Source of the DNA: Eledone cirrhosa | Lineage: Eukaryota | NCBI GenBank assembly: GCA_964016885.1 | Contig: OZ024740.1 | Span: 22,010,001-22,074,000, forward strand | Reading direction: 5' to 3' | Length of the DNA stretch: 64,000 nucleotides | In this document: piece by piece, positions 36,690 through 47,544 of the stretch | How the letters are laid out: the number at the start of each line of letters is the position of its first letter | Numbering within the stretch: the stretch's first letter is position 1 | The notes under the pieces: model-generated | Told to the model about the DNA's origin: nothing | The model's database searches: none | The model's input: the letters and a program-made list of their open reading frames with translations, nothing else | Program-made: the position numbers and the translations under genes

Positions 36690-39600
36690 TTACAGATATA
36701 TACTCAGAGTCGGCCCATTCACTCGGGCCATTCTTGCTTCTCTCACCCATCTTTCAACAAAATGCTGGGAAGAGAGCACTTCCTTCTCTACTCTGATTTT
36801 CCTTTTCAAATGAAATTTGAAAAAGTCAATCAGAGCATCACCGAAGAGGTAAGTGCTCGTCTTCAGCCCTTTCAAACGTGTCCACCATACTATCTCTTTC
36901 GCCATGGCCACCAGACAGATAAAAACTGCCTGCCCTTCCCGGCTAAAGGAGGAGGGCGGGGCAATCCTCACGATAGACTCAGATGATAGCTGGATCCGTC
37001 CTAAACGCGACAGCAGGTGTTCGACATAAACCCACAAGTCAGCAATTTTCGGACACTGGACGAGTGCGTGCAGGACGGTTTCGTCGCCCTGCGCGCATCT
37101 CGGACATGCCCGGCTGACGGCACCTCCATGCCTGTAGAGTTTATCCCGAACTGGCAAGGCTCCTCGGTAGCACTGCCAGGCCAGAGATTTCTGGAAGTTG
37201 TCCATAGGCCCTGGCCCGAAAGTTCTTCCGAAGAGATTGGCTAGTTGATTTTCGTCGACGCCTAGAGTTTCCCCAAGTACGTCGTCGCTCTTCCCCTCCA
37301 CTAATCCTCTATAGAACGCCGAGGTGGAGTTTCCACCGATCACATTGCCCGATTGGTCGAGGGCTGTGAGCGCCTGAAGACATTCCAGTCTCCAGGCGCT
37401 CCCTCTCGGTCTTCGCTTGACCCAGGACTGCAGCTCCGTCAAGGAAACGAGCTGGGGAAAAACGCGTCTAGCAAACGGCGACCACACCTGATCACCGTCG
37501 AGGAAGAGGTGGAGATGTCGTAGCCTGAGCGCGTGCCTGCGCATCATCAGCCACGGCATGCCCAGCCCTCCACGTAGCGGGTGTTGACAACAGATGGACC
37601 GCCTGACCATCGGAGCACGTCCCTTCCACAAAAAGCGAAAGAGCAAACGCTCCAGCGCAGTCAGGCGAGGCTTAGGACAAGGTACGACGGTTAGGCGGTA
37701 GCAGATGACAGACGCGATGTACGCGTTAGCCACCTCCGCTCGACCTTTCAGGGATAGCTTCCTCTCGGCCCATTTCTGGGTGAGAGAAGCCACCCTGCTC
37801 GTCACCTCGTCCCAGTTTTTGTCCGTCTGGAGGTCCGGACCGAACCAGACCCCTAGCAATTTAACCGGTCCGTCCGTCCAGCGCCCGACGACGCTGTTGG
37901 ACGGCATGGACCTGCCTCTCCAGGTGCCGAGCTGCAGGCCCACTGACTTTTCCTGGTTGATCATTGCTCCTGTCACCGCTTCGTATTCTCTTAGTGTAGT
38001 GCCGATCGCCTCGATGTGTTTGGCGTTCGACACCACTACGGTGACATCGTCCGCATATGCTGACACGGATCTTCCGCATCCTAGTTCGCGCGGGACTCCC
38101 CTCAACGTCTCCAGTTTGTGCAGTAATGGCTCGAGAGTCAATACGTACAAGAGGGACGAGAGGGGACATCCTTGGCGGACCGAGCGCATGATGTTGAACG
38201 GTTCCGACAGGTGACCGTTCACTCTCACTACAGAGCAGATGTCGCTGTGCATGGCAGCGATCCAGCCTCTGAAGACGGGCCCAAAGCCAGCCGCCCTCAG
38301 GACTGCCGCTAGGTAACGATGATCGACCCTATCGAAAGCTTTCGACTGATCTAAATTGATCAAGGACCCACCCGTGCCAGGTTCCCTAGCTACCCTCTCT
38401 ACGATGTATCGCATGAGGTGGAGGTTGTCGTGGATGGATCTGTCGGGAATGGCGCATGTCTGCGCCTCTCCCACCAGACCACCAACGACAAGCGCCAACC
38501 TCTTTGCTAGCACCTTGGCCAAAATCTTAAACTCTGTGTTTAGCAGAGTTATGGGCCGGAAATTGTCTATGTTATCTCCCTTGTTCGGATCCTTTCTCAG
38601 CAGTGCCACCGCTCCTCGGCTCACAGAACTGGGAATTCTCCCGTTCTGTTGCCAGTTGCAGTAGACGTCCGCCAAGAGGCCTCCGAACAAGTCTGGCATC
38701 TGTACGTAAAGTTCATAGGGCAGACCATCCAAACCAGGCGATTTACCCCTTGTGCAGCCAGTCATTGCCTCCCGTACTTCAGCGGCTGTTATCGGCTTTT
38801 CGCAACACTTCGCCTCAGTGGCCGAGAGCCGCGGCAGTCCGTCGAGGTAGACACTAAAGTCCATCCCTCTACCCGGCCCCCCGCTTCCCCCGAACAGCTG
38901 AGCGAAGTGTCGCTGAAAAGCTTCACACATTTGCCCGGGATCGAGTAGCATGCGCCCGTCGTGGTCCACCAAAGACCGGATCGTGGCTTTGTTGCCACGA
39001 CGCGCCTCCGCCACTCGGGCCCATTGAACGGCTTTCGTCCCCTCGTGTCTGAGAGCACGCACCCTAGCTCTGACAACGCAGCCTTCGTGCTTTGCATTGA
39101 AGAATTGGTCAAGGGCCAATTTCGCCGCAAGCACGTCGGTCGCAATGCCTTTGCTAAGCGCCTCGTCTAATTTTCTAACTAGTTCTCCCTCTGCTCTATT
39201 TTTCTCTATTGCTAAAGCCTTACTAAACCTAATCGATTCTATTCTAATCGCTCTTTTCAGAGCAAACCACCACTTGTTGTTGACGATGGCCCCCGTCAAC
39301 GCCCGCTTAACTAGTTCGCTAATCCGGTCTCTGTAGGCCTTGCGCGCTGGTAAGGACGCGTTTAGCTTCCAGTAGCCGGGTCCTCGTCTATGAAGCCTAT
39401 CTAAGTCAAGCACACAGGTCACGAATTTGTGGTCCGTGTAGCTGACTATCTTGAATTGTGGACAGCCTATGCTAGACCTATCTATTTCCCTACAAAATAC
39501 TCTATCTAGATATGATCTGGATGACCCTATGCGGTTTGTCCAAGTCCACATTGGCACATTCGGGAAATCCAATCGGTACCTGTCAGACAGTTCAAAACGC

Positions 39601-40109
39601 CTGAGCAGGTTGGTGAGGCTCTTGCACCCTCCACCCCTATCCGCTAATCCCACACAGTCCCAGCGTGCATCTAAGATCCCGTTCCAGTCGCCCACTAACA
39701 CTAAAGAGCGGGACGTTCCAAGAAAGGTCTCCAGACGCCGGAAGAAATCAGGCCGCCCTGCTCCTGTCGGGGCATAGACGGCCACTAGCCTGAAAGCTTG
39801 CCCGTCTCCGCTGGTCACGTCCAGCACCACCAGCTTACCCTCTGGGTCCAGGAAGATGGCCCGTATGGCGAGATCCAAACCTCTCCGAAAAAGCACAGCA
39901 ACTCCTCCACCCGATCCAGGACGGCTGGGAGATGCGTACACATCGTAGCCGCCGAAGATCGGTGCGAAGGCCCGTGCTTCGGAGATTCTGGTCTCGCTGA
40001 TGGCCACTACATCTATGTTTAGTGACCTGAGGTCGTTGAGCAGGTGACCCTGCTTCCATGACGACCCCAAGCCACGCGCATTTATGCTGCCTATTCTGAG
40101 TGAGGTCAT
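36690..40109 (-). CDS. Tx1-like ORF2 (copy 2)
   Basis: Same motifs; only a few amino-acid differences from copy 1. Confidence 0.95.
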   Translation of the reverse strand: MTSLRIGSINARGLGSSWKQGHLLNDLRSLNIDVVAISETRISEARAFAPIFGGYDVYASPSRPGSGGGVAVLFRRGLDLAIRAIFLDPEGKLVVLDVTSGDGQAFRLVAVYAPTGAGRPDFFRRLETFLGTSRSLVLVGDWNGILDARWDCVGLADRGGGCKSLTNLLRRFELSDRYRLDFPNVPMWTWTNRIGSSRSYLDRVFCREIDRSSIGCPQFKIVSYTDHKFVTCVLDLDRLHRRGPGYWKLNASLPARKAYRDRISELVKRALTGAIVNNKWWFALKRAIRIESIRFSKALAIEKNRAEGELVRKLDEALSKGIATDVLAAKLALDQFFNAKHEGCVVRARVRALRHEGTKAVQWARVAEARRGNKATIRSLVDHDGRMLLDPGQMCEAFQRHFAQLFGGSGGPGRGMDFSVYLDGLPRLSATEAKCCEKPITAAEVREAMTGCTRGKSPGLDGLPYELYVQMPDLFGGLLADVYCNWQQNGRIPSSVSRGAVALLRKDPNKGDNIDNFRPITLLNTEFKILAKVLAKRLALVVGGLVGEAQTCAIPDRSIHDNLHLMRYIVERVAREPGTGGSLINLDQSKAFDRVDHRYLAAVLRAAGFGPVFRGWIAAMHSDICSVVRVNGHLSEPFNIMRSVRQGCPLSSLLYVLTLEPLLHKLETLRGVPRELGCGRSVSAYADDVTVVVSNAKHIEAIGTTLREYEAVTGAMINQEKSVGLQLGTWRGRSMPSNSVVGRWTDGPVKLLGVWFGPDLQTDKNWDEVTSRVASLTQKWAERKLSLKGRAEVANAYIASVICYRLTVVPCPKPRLTALERLLFRFLWKGRAPMVRRSICCQHPLRGGLGMPWLMMRRHALRLRHLHLFLDGDQVWSPFARRVFPQLVSLTELQSWVKRRPRGSAWRLECLQALTALDQSGNVIGGNSTSAFYRGLVEGKSDDVLGETLGVDENQLANLFGRTFGPGPMDNFQKSLAWQCYRGALPVRDKLYRHGGAVSRACPRCAQGDETVLHALVQCPKIADLWVYVEHLLSRLGRIQLSSESIVRIAPPSSFSREGQAVFICLVAMAKEIVWWTRLKGLKTSTYLFGDALIDFFKFHLKRKIRVEKEVLSSQHFVERWVREARMARVNGPTLSIYL

Positions 40110-40144
40110 GTTTAAAATAGAGTGGAAAAGATGGGAAAGACCAC

Positions 40145-42274
40145 TTACCGTACTTTTGGTAGAGGAGGGATGGTTTTTACATCCCTTTTCACTTGATCGT
40201 CTGGTGAAGGGACCGTTGAATCGTCCCTTCGGCTGGTCGTCGGCTCTTCTAAGAGAATGTCTGAGTATACTCTTCGATTGATGGTTCCTCCTAGGTCCCT
40301 GAAATCACCAACTGCGTTGGGGAATTTCGTTTTAATATTTGTGTATTGTTTCTGTGCTATTTTTAGCAGTCTTATGTTAGTTGGCGTTTTGATTGGTGCT
40401 GGTATTATGTAGTCCTGTTGTGAAATGTCTGTGTGTTCAATTATGTAAGTCATTAGTTTCTTGTTGTGTGTATTTATTGCCGTGCATTTGTTTTTCTGGG
40501 GGTGGGGTGTGGTTCTGCTATTTTCTTGTCGTTGTTGCTGGGTGTGTGTGTTTTGTTGTTGTGTTTGCGATGTTGGTGCTTGTGGTGGTGGTGTTGAAGG
40601 TGTTGTTGGCGGTGGGGTTGTCGCCGGTGGTGATGGTGGTGCTGGTGTGGGTGGTGATGGTGTTGGTGGTGTTGCTGCTGTGGGTCTCTTTGCAGTAGAC
40701 TTTACCCTTTTCTCATTTCTTTCCTCCCTTTTCAAAGGCGACGATGCGCTGCTTCTGCGTTTGTGCCTTCTTGCGACCTTTTGCCATCCCTCTCCCACCT
40801 CACACTCCATGTCTGATTCTGTAAGGTCGGGGAGGGGTACCAGCTCCACTCTTTCACTTGTTGTTGTTGGTGATGTTTGCACTGGAGTCTCTGTTGCAGC
40901 TGCATTTGGTATTGCTGTTGTTGTTGTTAATATTTCCACTGCTGCTGCTGTCTTTGATTTCCGTGGAGTGGGTATGGGTGCCACGGACCTATCGTTCCTG
41001 GTTGCCGCTTGTCCTGTTGCTGGTAGCCGTGGAGCCGGATTCGGAAGGAGGGGGGTTTTCTCCTTTCTCAGGGTCTTCTCGTTGCAGAAGGCCCTGAGGT
41101 GAGTCTTCGATCCACAGCGAAAGCATTTCGGGCGTTTGCCCTCAACACTTATGGGCAGTTGAGTGCCGTTATCGAAGTCTATCACATCCGGGATAGCTTC
41201 GATGCACTCCTGGTTGGTTTGGATTAGCATCTCAATGGAGGAGCCGACCCAATCTTCTCTTACTTTTTTCTGTACTTGCAGTACAGTTGTTTTGTCCTCG
41301 ATTCCGACGAGGACAGACGCGGCCAGCCAAGAAGGGGTCATTCCGGGGGGGACGTGGGTCAGTTTGACCCTCACAATTTTTTGCCCGCAGTAGGAGGGCA
41401 CCAACACCATTTCCTCGCTCCTTAGGGTCACTACTGATTGGGCCTTTGCCTCCTGGGGTGTGGCAAAAAGTACGTCTACGGTGGCGTATTTTTTGCCTCG
41501 GGTGATGTGCGTTTTCCTCTGCCACACAGACCCCAAGGCTTTTTGTATTTGGGCCTCTGTGGCTCTTTCCACCCTACGGGATTTTGTACTTACTGTACGG
41601 TACGTGACCGTACAGTGCTCTTGGGTTTCGAAAAAATTTTTCGCTGCCTTGCAGATTGCTCGGTGTCCGTTCTTTGTCACCATCTTCTTCGCTTCCTCTA
41701 ATTCCTCATTTGTTATGAGGATTGTTTCCAAGTTTTTCGCAATACCTGCAAATGAGATTGGTTTTTCTCTGCTGTTGTTGTTGTCGTCAGAGCTGCTGGT
41801 ACTTTTGTTGTTGCTGCAGGTACTACGACTACTGCCTCCGCCGCTGTTGCTGTGGTTGTTGTTGGTGTTGCTGCTGCTAATGCTGTTGTTGTTTATGCTG
41901 CTGGTGATGCTGTTGCGGCTGCTACTGTTGTTTTCATTGTCACTGTTGCTGTTGTTATTACGGCTGCTACTGCTATTATTCCTGACGTCAGACGAATGAA
42001 CTGGGTTTTCGTATTTCCCGCACACCTGTTTCGTCGCTGTCGTCGTCGTCGTGGAGAAACCTTGCACGCTTTGCACGAGACTTTTATTTTCTTTCGTCGC
42101 TTGCGAAAGAGAAGGGAGGGAGAGAGACACATTTAAAGAAGGGAGGGAGAGAGACAATCTTCTCTCTGCTGTAGTGATGATTGAGGAAGAAGAAGACGGA
42201 ATGAGTGGGAGTGACGTATGAAATTTCTTTTTGGTAGCCATGTTTTTTTGTTTAAAATGAAATTTTGGGTACAA
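40145..42274 (-). CDS. Tx1-like ORF1 (copy 2)
   Basis: Same as copy 1 with one extra Asn and a few substitutions. Confidence 0.88.
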   Translation of the reverse strand: MYPKFHFKQKNMATKKKFHTSLPLIPSSSSSIITTAERRLSLSLPSLNVSLSLPSLSQATKENKSLVQSVQGFSTTTTTATKQVCGKYENPVHSSDVRNNSSSSRNNNSNSDNENNSSSRNSITSSINNNSISSSNTNNNHSNSGGGSSRSTCSNNKSTSSSDDNNNSREKPISFAGIAKNLETILITNEELEEAKKMVTKNGHRAICKAAKNFFETQEHCTVTYRTVSTKSRRVERATEAQIQKALGSVWQRKTHITRGKKYATVDVLFATPQEAKAQSVVTLRSEEMVLVPSYCGQKIVRVKLTHVPPGMTPSWLAASVLVGIEDKTTVLQVQKKVREDWVGSSIEMLIQTNQECIEAIPDVIDFDNGTQLPISVEGKRPKCFRCGSKTHLRAFCNEKTLRKEKTPLLPNPAPRLPATGQAATRNDRSVAPIPTPRKSKTAAAVEILTTTTAIPNAAATETPVQTSPTTTSERVELVPLPDLTESDMECEVGEGWQKVARRHKRRSSASSPLKREERNEKRVKSTAKRPTAATPPTPSPPTPAPPSPPATTPPPTTPSTPPPQAPTSQTQQQNTHTQQQRQENSRTTPHPQKNKCTAINTHNKKLMTYIIEHTDISQQDYIIPAPIKTPTNIRLLKIAQKQYTNIKTKFPNAVGDFRDLGGTINRRVYSDILLEEPTTSRRDDSTVPSPDDQVKRDVKTIPPLPKVR

Positions 42275-42954
42275 AACCCCAATAACTGGTTATTTAACCC
42301 CGAAGGGCCAAATAACGGACAGAAAGACCCCTCTCACGAGGAGGAGGGTGTCTTTATCAACAATTTGGTTCAAGTTTTAAACAATTTACAATTGTTTTAA
42401 CGGTTAAAAATTACTATACCTTACAGAGCCGAGCCTCCGTCAACCATGGCATTCAATAATAATAATAATAATAATAATAAATAATAATAAAATAGAAAAC
42501 TAAAAAATATTACGAAAAAATATTACATATTAAAAATATTACATATTAAAAATATTACATATTAAAAATAAAAATATTAGAAAATACTACAATAATAAAA
42601 ATAAACCACAAAGATCAACCCTTCAAAATTAATTGACAATATATTGCCAAGTTCATTATAAGCATCAGAGTCGAAAACAGATAAAGCTAAAAATTATTTA
42701 TCAAATCGCGTCTAGCAAAAATCATTTCAAAAAGTTTAGGATGCCCATTTGGTCTACATGTGTTCTTATATTTAATATAGAAGTTTATCTAGTGTAACGT
42801 TTATTCGAAATATTTGGAGCATCAACTTTTAGGGTAGTTTAATTTTTCATGAAGAATGTTTAAATAAAAATAAAAATAAAAAGAAGAATAAAAAGAAGAA
42901 ATCGAAAGATTTGTCGGCTAGTTTCCCAAATAATTATAAATCAAACTAAATATA

Positions 42955-44145
42955 CTACATTTTAAATTTAAATTTATATTTAAAAGTTGAGTTTAATCTA
43001 TGTTTGCAGCAACTGAATAAATTTGTCCGTAGATTAAGGGAATTTTTAGATTTTAGTATAAAGAATATCTCCTCTGCGCAGAGGTCACATGTCTCAGAGG
43101 ATGAATTAAAAGGAATCCCTCTTGAGACTATATTCCAAGCCGTCGAATATCTAACGTTATCTAGCTTAAGTTGCCAGAGTACGCCTGATAGTGCTGTTGA
43201 AGATTTTTTGCTTGGATCTGTGAAAGAATTCTTGTGGTTATTATAGCGAAGTTTAAATTCCGTCGATGTGGAACCGACGTAGTTAAAAGAATTAGTCAGT
43301 TTTAACATTACAATTGTATATTATATTTTTAACTAAGCAGTTGTTATTTAACGGACATTTAGATCTATCTCTACAGTTACATTTGTTAACTTGTATATTA
43401 TTTATGCTATTATCACTAGGTTTTAAGTTCCTATTATTTATTCTATTAATATTTTGTGCTAAATTTTTGGTGGATGAGTAGGTTAATTTTATAGTATCTC
43501 TATTGAAAATTGAGTGATACCTATGTGTTCTAGGGAAGCGATTATCAAGAGCTTTAAAAAATAGTTTAGCGATGTGGGTTTTAATGTTTAGTGAGAAAGG
43601 GGGGGGGGGGGGGGGCAAACCAAATTATGTTCCTAGTTCTATTTCTTTTTTGGCTTTTGGAATTATTGTAATGCTTTCTATTATAGTTGTTAAGGTTGTT
43701 GCCGTAATTAAAATAGTTGTTATTTTGTTTAGTTTGTCTATCATTATCTATGTACATAATCTTATCACTATATCCTGCTCTAGCTAACGCTTCATTGTAG
43801 TACTGGGCTTTTTCGTCGAAAATCTTTCTATTAGACGAGATTCTAGAGATACGTTTTTGAACAGAGTTTACTATAATGTTTTTGACAGATCTGGGGTGGT
43901 TAGAGTTAAAGCTGACATAGTTTAAGTTTTCATTCAACTTGTGAAAAGGATAGTGAAGACATGTGTTGAGATTTAATGTTATATCTAGGAAATTGACTAT
44001 TCTATGGTTGTTCTCAATTTCTATTTTAAGATTAAAGTAATTAAAAATTGTGTAATTTGTTTACATTTTCTATTTAGTTCAGAGTTATTATTATCAATAA
44101 GTAAAAGCATGTCATCTCTATATAAACCTCCGGTAGTACCAGGTA
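42955..44145 (-). pseudogene. Degraded, 5'-truncated PLE of a second lineage (Hydra-clade-like)
   Basis: GLYRDD (reverse of 44110-44130), SNHPRS, IIWFAPP, KCNCRDRSKCPL..NC, YVGST..FKLRYNNHK, CDLC, C-terminal CKHR; several frameshifts. Confidence 0.8.
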
Positions 44146-44275
44146 TGTTCCTTCTTTCTTTCCTTCTTTCTTTCTTTCTGTTTACAATTTTTTCACTGCC
44201 AAATCAACTTTTCAAATACAAGTCGATGTTGAACTGTATGTCAAATCTATTTATCTATAAAACTGTCTATATTGT

Positions 44276-44339
44276 ATTTTGTCTGAGGAAGGCATAGCAT
44301 ATTGTTAATATGATATCCCTGAAATATATATAATGAAAT
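44276..44339 (+). ncRNA. Hammerhead motif
   Basis: attttgt-CTGAGGA-agg(hairpin)cct-GAAA-tatat-ATA-atgaaat. Confidence 0.7.
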
Positions 44340-44467
44340 AAATATGGTTTTATAAATATAGTTTCCATTTATTTAATATCGTAAATATACTCCAAATACT
44401 TGTCGAGTGCTTTTATATCAGTTATAAATATTTACTAGTTGTAACCCAACAATTTAAATATAACTTT

Positions 44468-44560
<93 letters not shown>

Positions 44561-44561
<1 letters not shown>

Positions 44562-44902
44562 GATATTAACAAATGGAAACTATATTTATAAAACCATATT
44601 TATTTCATTATACATATTTCAAGGACACCAAGTTAAATTATGGTGTGCTTTCATCAGACAAAATATAATATAGATCAGTTTTATAAATAAATATTGACAC
44701 ACCCTTAAAAAATGCAACCATTACTGTTGGAAGCTCCAGGATATATTGCATTTTTTAAGGGTATGTCAATATTTATTTATAAAACTGATCTATATTATAT
44801 TTTGTCTGATTAAAGCACACCATAATTTAACTTGGTGTCCTTGAAATATGTATAATGAAATAAATATGGTTTTATAAATATAGTTTCCATTTGTTAATAT
44901 CG
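44561..44902. repeat. Fold-back cassette (~155-bp arms): HHR on the minus strand at 44602-44664 and a core-mutated copy on the plus strand at 44799-44861
   Basis: Minus: attttgt-CTGATGA-aag cacacca...tggtgtc ctt-GAAA-tatgt-ATA-atgaaat. Plus copy reads CTGATTA. Confidence 0.85.
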
Positions 44903-45152
44903 TATTTTTACTCCAAATATTTGTTGAGTGCTTTATATCAGTTATAAAAATATTTGCTTGTTGTATCCCAACAGTTTAAATAGAACTTTTACATAGATAT
45001 ATATATATATATAGTGAAAAATGGAACGGGAACAAAACAGAGAGGCAGTACAAACAAAGGTTAATTAGTTTCACGCTCTATATATGTTTGTGTATGTGTA
45101 TTTATGTATTTATGTATATGTGTGTATATGTGTAGATGTGTTTGTATATGTT

Positions 45153-45224
<72 letters not shown>

Positions 45225-45446
45225 TTAGAGCAAACATCACGGTCGCTCTATCTCAAAATTATTTTTGAAAAGCATTAGAAATGCGAAACCGGTAAAAACT
45301 TAAAACTAAAACTGAATACTAACCAATACTTATTACTAATTTTTACTTATTCCTAATTAAACTATTTTTCACTGGGAAAAATTTGTCAGCATTTTCTTTT
45401 CCTTTTACTAATATATCACAACTCGTGTGTTACACCTCTATTCTTT

Positions 45447-45449
<3 letters not shown>
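45225..45449 (+). repeat. Diverged copy of the terminal repeat of the 23.5-28.3 kb PLE
   Basis: Similar to 28089-28280; flanked by (TA)n. Confidence 0.8.
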
Positions 45450-45534
<85 letters not shown>

Positions 45535-45760
45535 CCAATTGAGTTCTTAGCACGTGGCCTGAATTCCTTTCAGAGTTCATTGTCGCGCGCATGTATTGTT
45601 TTTTTTTTGGCGGTAATTCACTTCCTCGTTTTTTGAATCAGTTCGAGCACTTCTTTCACAACTGCTGGACTGGCTACCTGACAGATACCTCAGGCACAGA
45701 AAGTGATTATCGCTAAATGCTGATGTTGGTTAGATTATCAATATTAGTATTATTGGGGCA

Positions 45761-45887
45761 CCCACTGATGAATTATAGGAGCCCACTTGAATATATATCT
45801 ATTGATGGTATACAAGCTCCTACATAAATTGGTATAATTTCACCCAAATTGTAGGAGTCCTATAATGAAACGAGACGTCCGTCTGGG
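45761..45887 (+). ncRNA. Hammerhead motif with large branched insertion in stem II
   Basis: ccca-CTGATGA-attatagga[~77 nt]tcctataat-GAAA-cg agacgtc c-GTC-tggg. Confidence 0.75.
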
Positions 45888-46062
45888 AAGAGATATATTA
45901 GATATGTCTCATTTGAAATAATACAGCCAATTTTCCACGCAATACTTTTAGTTAGCACCCCGAACACATAATTGGGAATATAATCACTTATTTCCTAATG
46001 TTTGTTGAGTGAGTTGGAATTTGGCCGGAGTATCGCTAAAAAGCTTTCTCCGATATTGTATT

Positions 46063-46110
<48 letters not shown>

Positions 46111-46164
46111 CGTTTCTGAATTTGTTTAGCAAGATTCTTTATCTGAAAACGTGTGTTGAAACCA

Positions 46165-46790
46165 ATATCAATATAAATGAACACTGGCGAGAGCTTCAAG
46201 ATAGTAAAGAATCATCTGTACTCCACCAACATGCTAAAATAGAACATACAGGTAAATTAAAGAACATAGAAATAAAAATAGAATCTACACACAGAAAAGA
46301 CACAATGTTTAGACAAATCACAGAGGCAATAAACATAAATGAACTCCAACCAAAATTAAATAGAAAGCATGAATGGAATAGCAACATCACAACTTACAAT
46401 TAAGGACAAAATGAAAACACACACACACATAGAACAAACAACCAACCAGTAACATGTAAATAAACAAATATAAACACACACAGACACCCGGATGTAACAC
46501 ATGCGCAAACTAAGCACACAACACACACAAAAACAAGATGGCGTAGGACAGAACAAAGGAGAAGCACAAAAACAAAGAAAAGAATCCCCAGTCACTGAAG
46601 AGGTCACAGAATGTGTGACGAAAGAACTTTGACAATATATGAACAATCGTCTGGTTGTGGAACCAACCAACCAACCGGAAATTTATAAATTCCTAAATTT
46701 ATAAATTTAATTTATAATAAATTGAAGTGAAAGCAACTGGTGCATGTGTTTCTTATTGGCAACATGGCCTTCACAAAGTATAACAATATA
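46165..46790 (+). mobile_element. 3' remnant of a third PLE lineage: GIY-YIG C-terminus followed by an HHR-containing terminal repeat (HHR 46591-46633)
   Basis: EHWREL...SVLHQHAKIEH...FRQITEAINI...PKLNRKHEW, then gtca-CTGAAGA...GAAA-gaaCTT-tgac. Confidence 0.75.
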
Positions 46791-46926
46791 TATATATATA
46801 TACATACACATACAAACATATACAAACACATCTACACATATACATATATATATATGTGTGTGTGTGTGTATGTGAATGTGTCTGAAATATAGCTTAAGAG
46901 AAACATGACAATAATGATAGGCACCC

Positions 46927-47198
46927 AATATTTGAACTGGTTTATAGAATTCTCTTGGCCTTTGTCACTCTAAGTAGAGCTTTAAAGAATTAGCTTTTAA
47001 AGAATTTCCCTTTTCTTTAAATTCATCAACCATGACCGAACCCCAACCACCTTATAGACACCTGAAATATAGGCATTGTTAGCTTAAGAGAAACTTAAAA
47101 ATAAGGAGTGGCACCCCAATTCGAACTTGTTTATAGAATTCTTTCTGCCTTTATCACTCTAAATATAAATTGTAGCCTTAAAGAATTAGCTTTTAATG
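46927..47198 (+). repeat. Inverted dispersed copy of 23072-23345
   Basis: Near-exact reverse complement. Confidence 0.85.
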
Positions 47199-47544
47199 TA
47201 TGTGTTGGTATGTATATTATATTTGATAATTTGTATAATTTTGTATAATTTTGTACATAGATCTGTTGAATATGCATACCAATTCTAACACATATATGTC
47301 CTAGAAACGATCGTTAAATAATGAACTTTTTTTGTTTAATATAAGGAACTGTTTCATTGTTTTATTCATTATTTTTTTAATATTTTATCTTGACTCTGTA
47401 TTCCGTTTATCTTTCACCGAAAGTGATTTTTGAATGCATCTCTTCTTTCCATGATATCCGGATTATATTGAGTTCTTCATACGGATTGGACACTACCGTA
47501 AACTCTTGGTAGATTTATCTACATATATATATATATATATATAT

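Larger units (their letters stand above)
36427..42454 (-). mobile_element. Full-length Tx1/L1-clade LINE, copy 2
   Basis: Near-identical to copy 1 at ~6059-bp offset; flanked on both sides by the same 34-bp (AAT)8A(AAT)3. Confidence 0.93.

Noticed and set aside
30580-42400. Numerous antisense and alternative-frame ORFs within the Tx1 copies
   Set aside because: Shadow ORFs of GC-rich coding sequence, duplicated only because the element is duplicated.
47214-47322. TTGATAA ... GAAACGATCGTT possible variant hammerhead
   Set aside because: Stem II does not pair convincingly; too degenerate to call.
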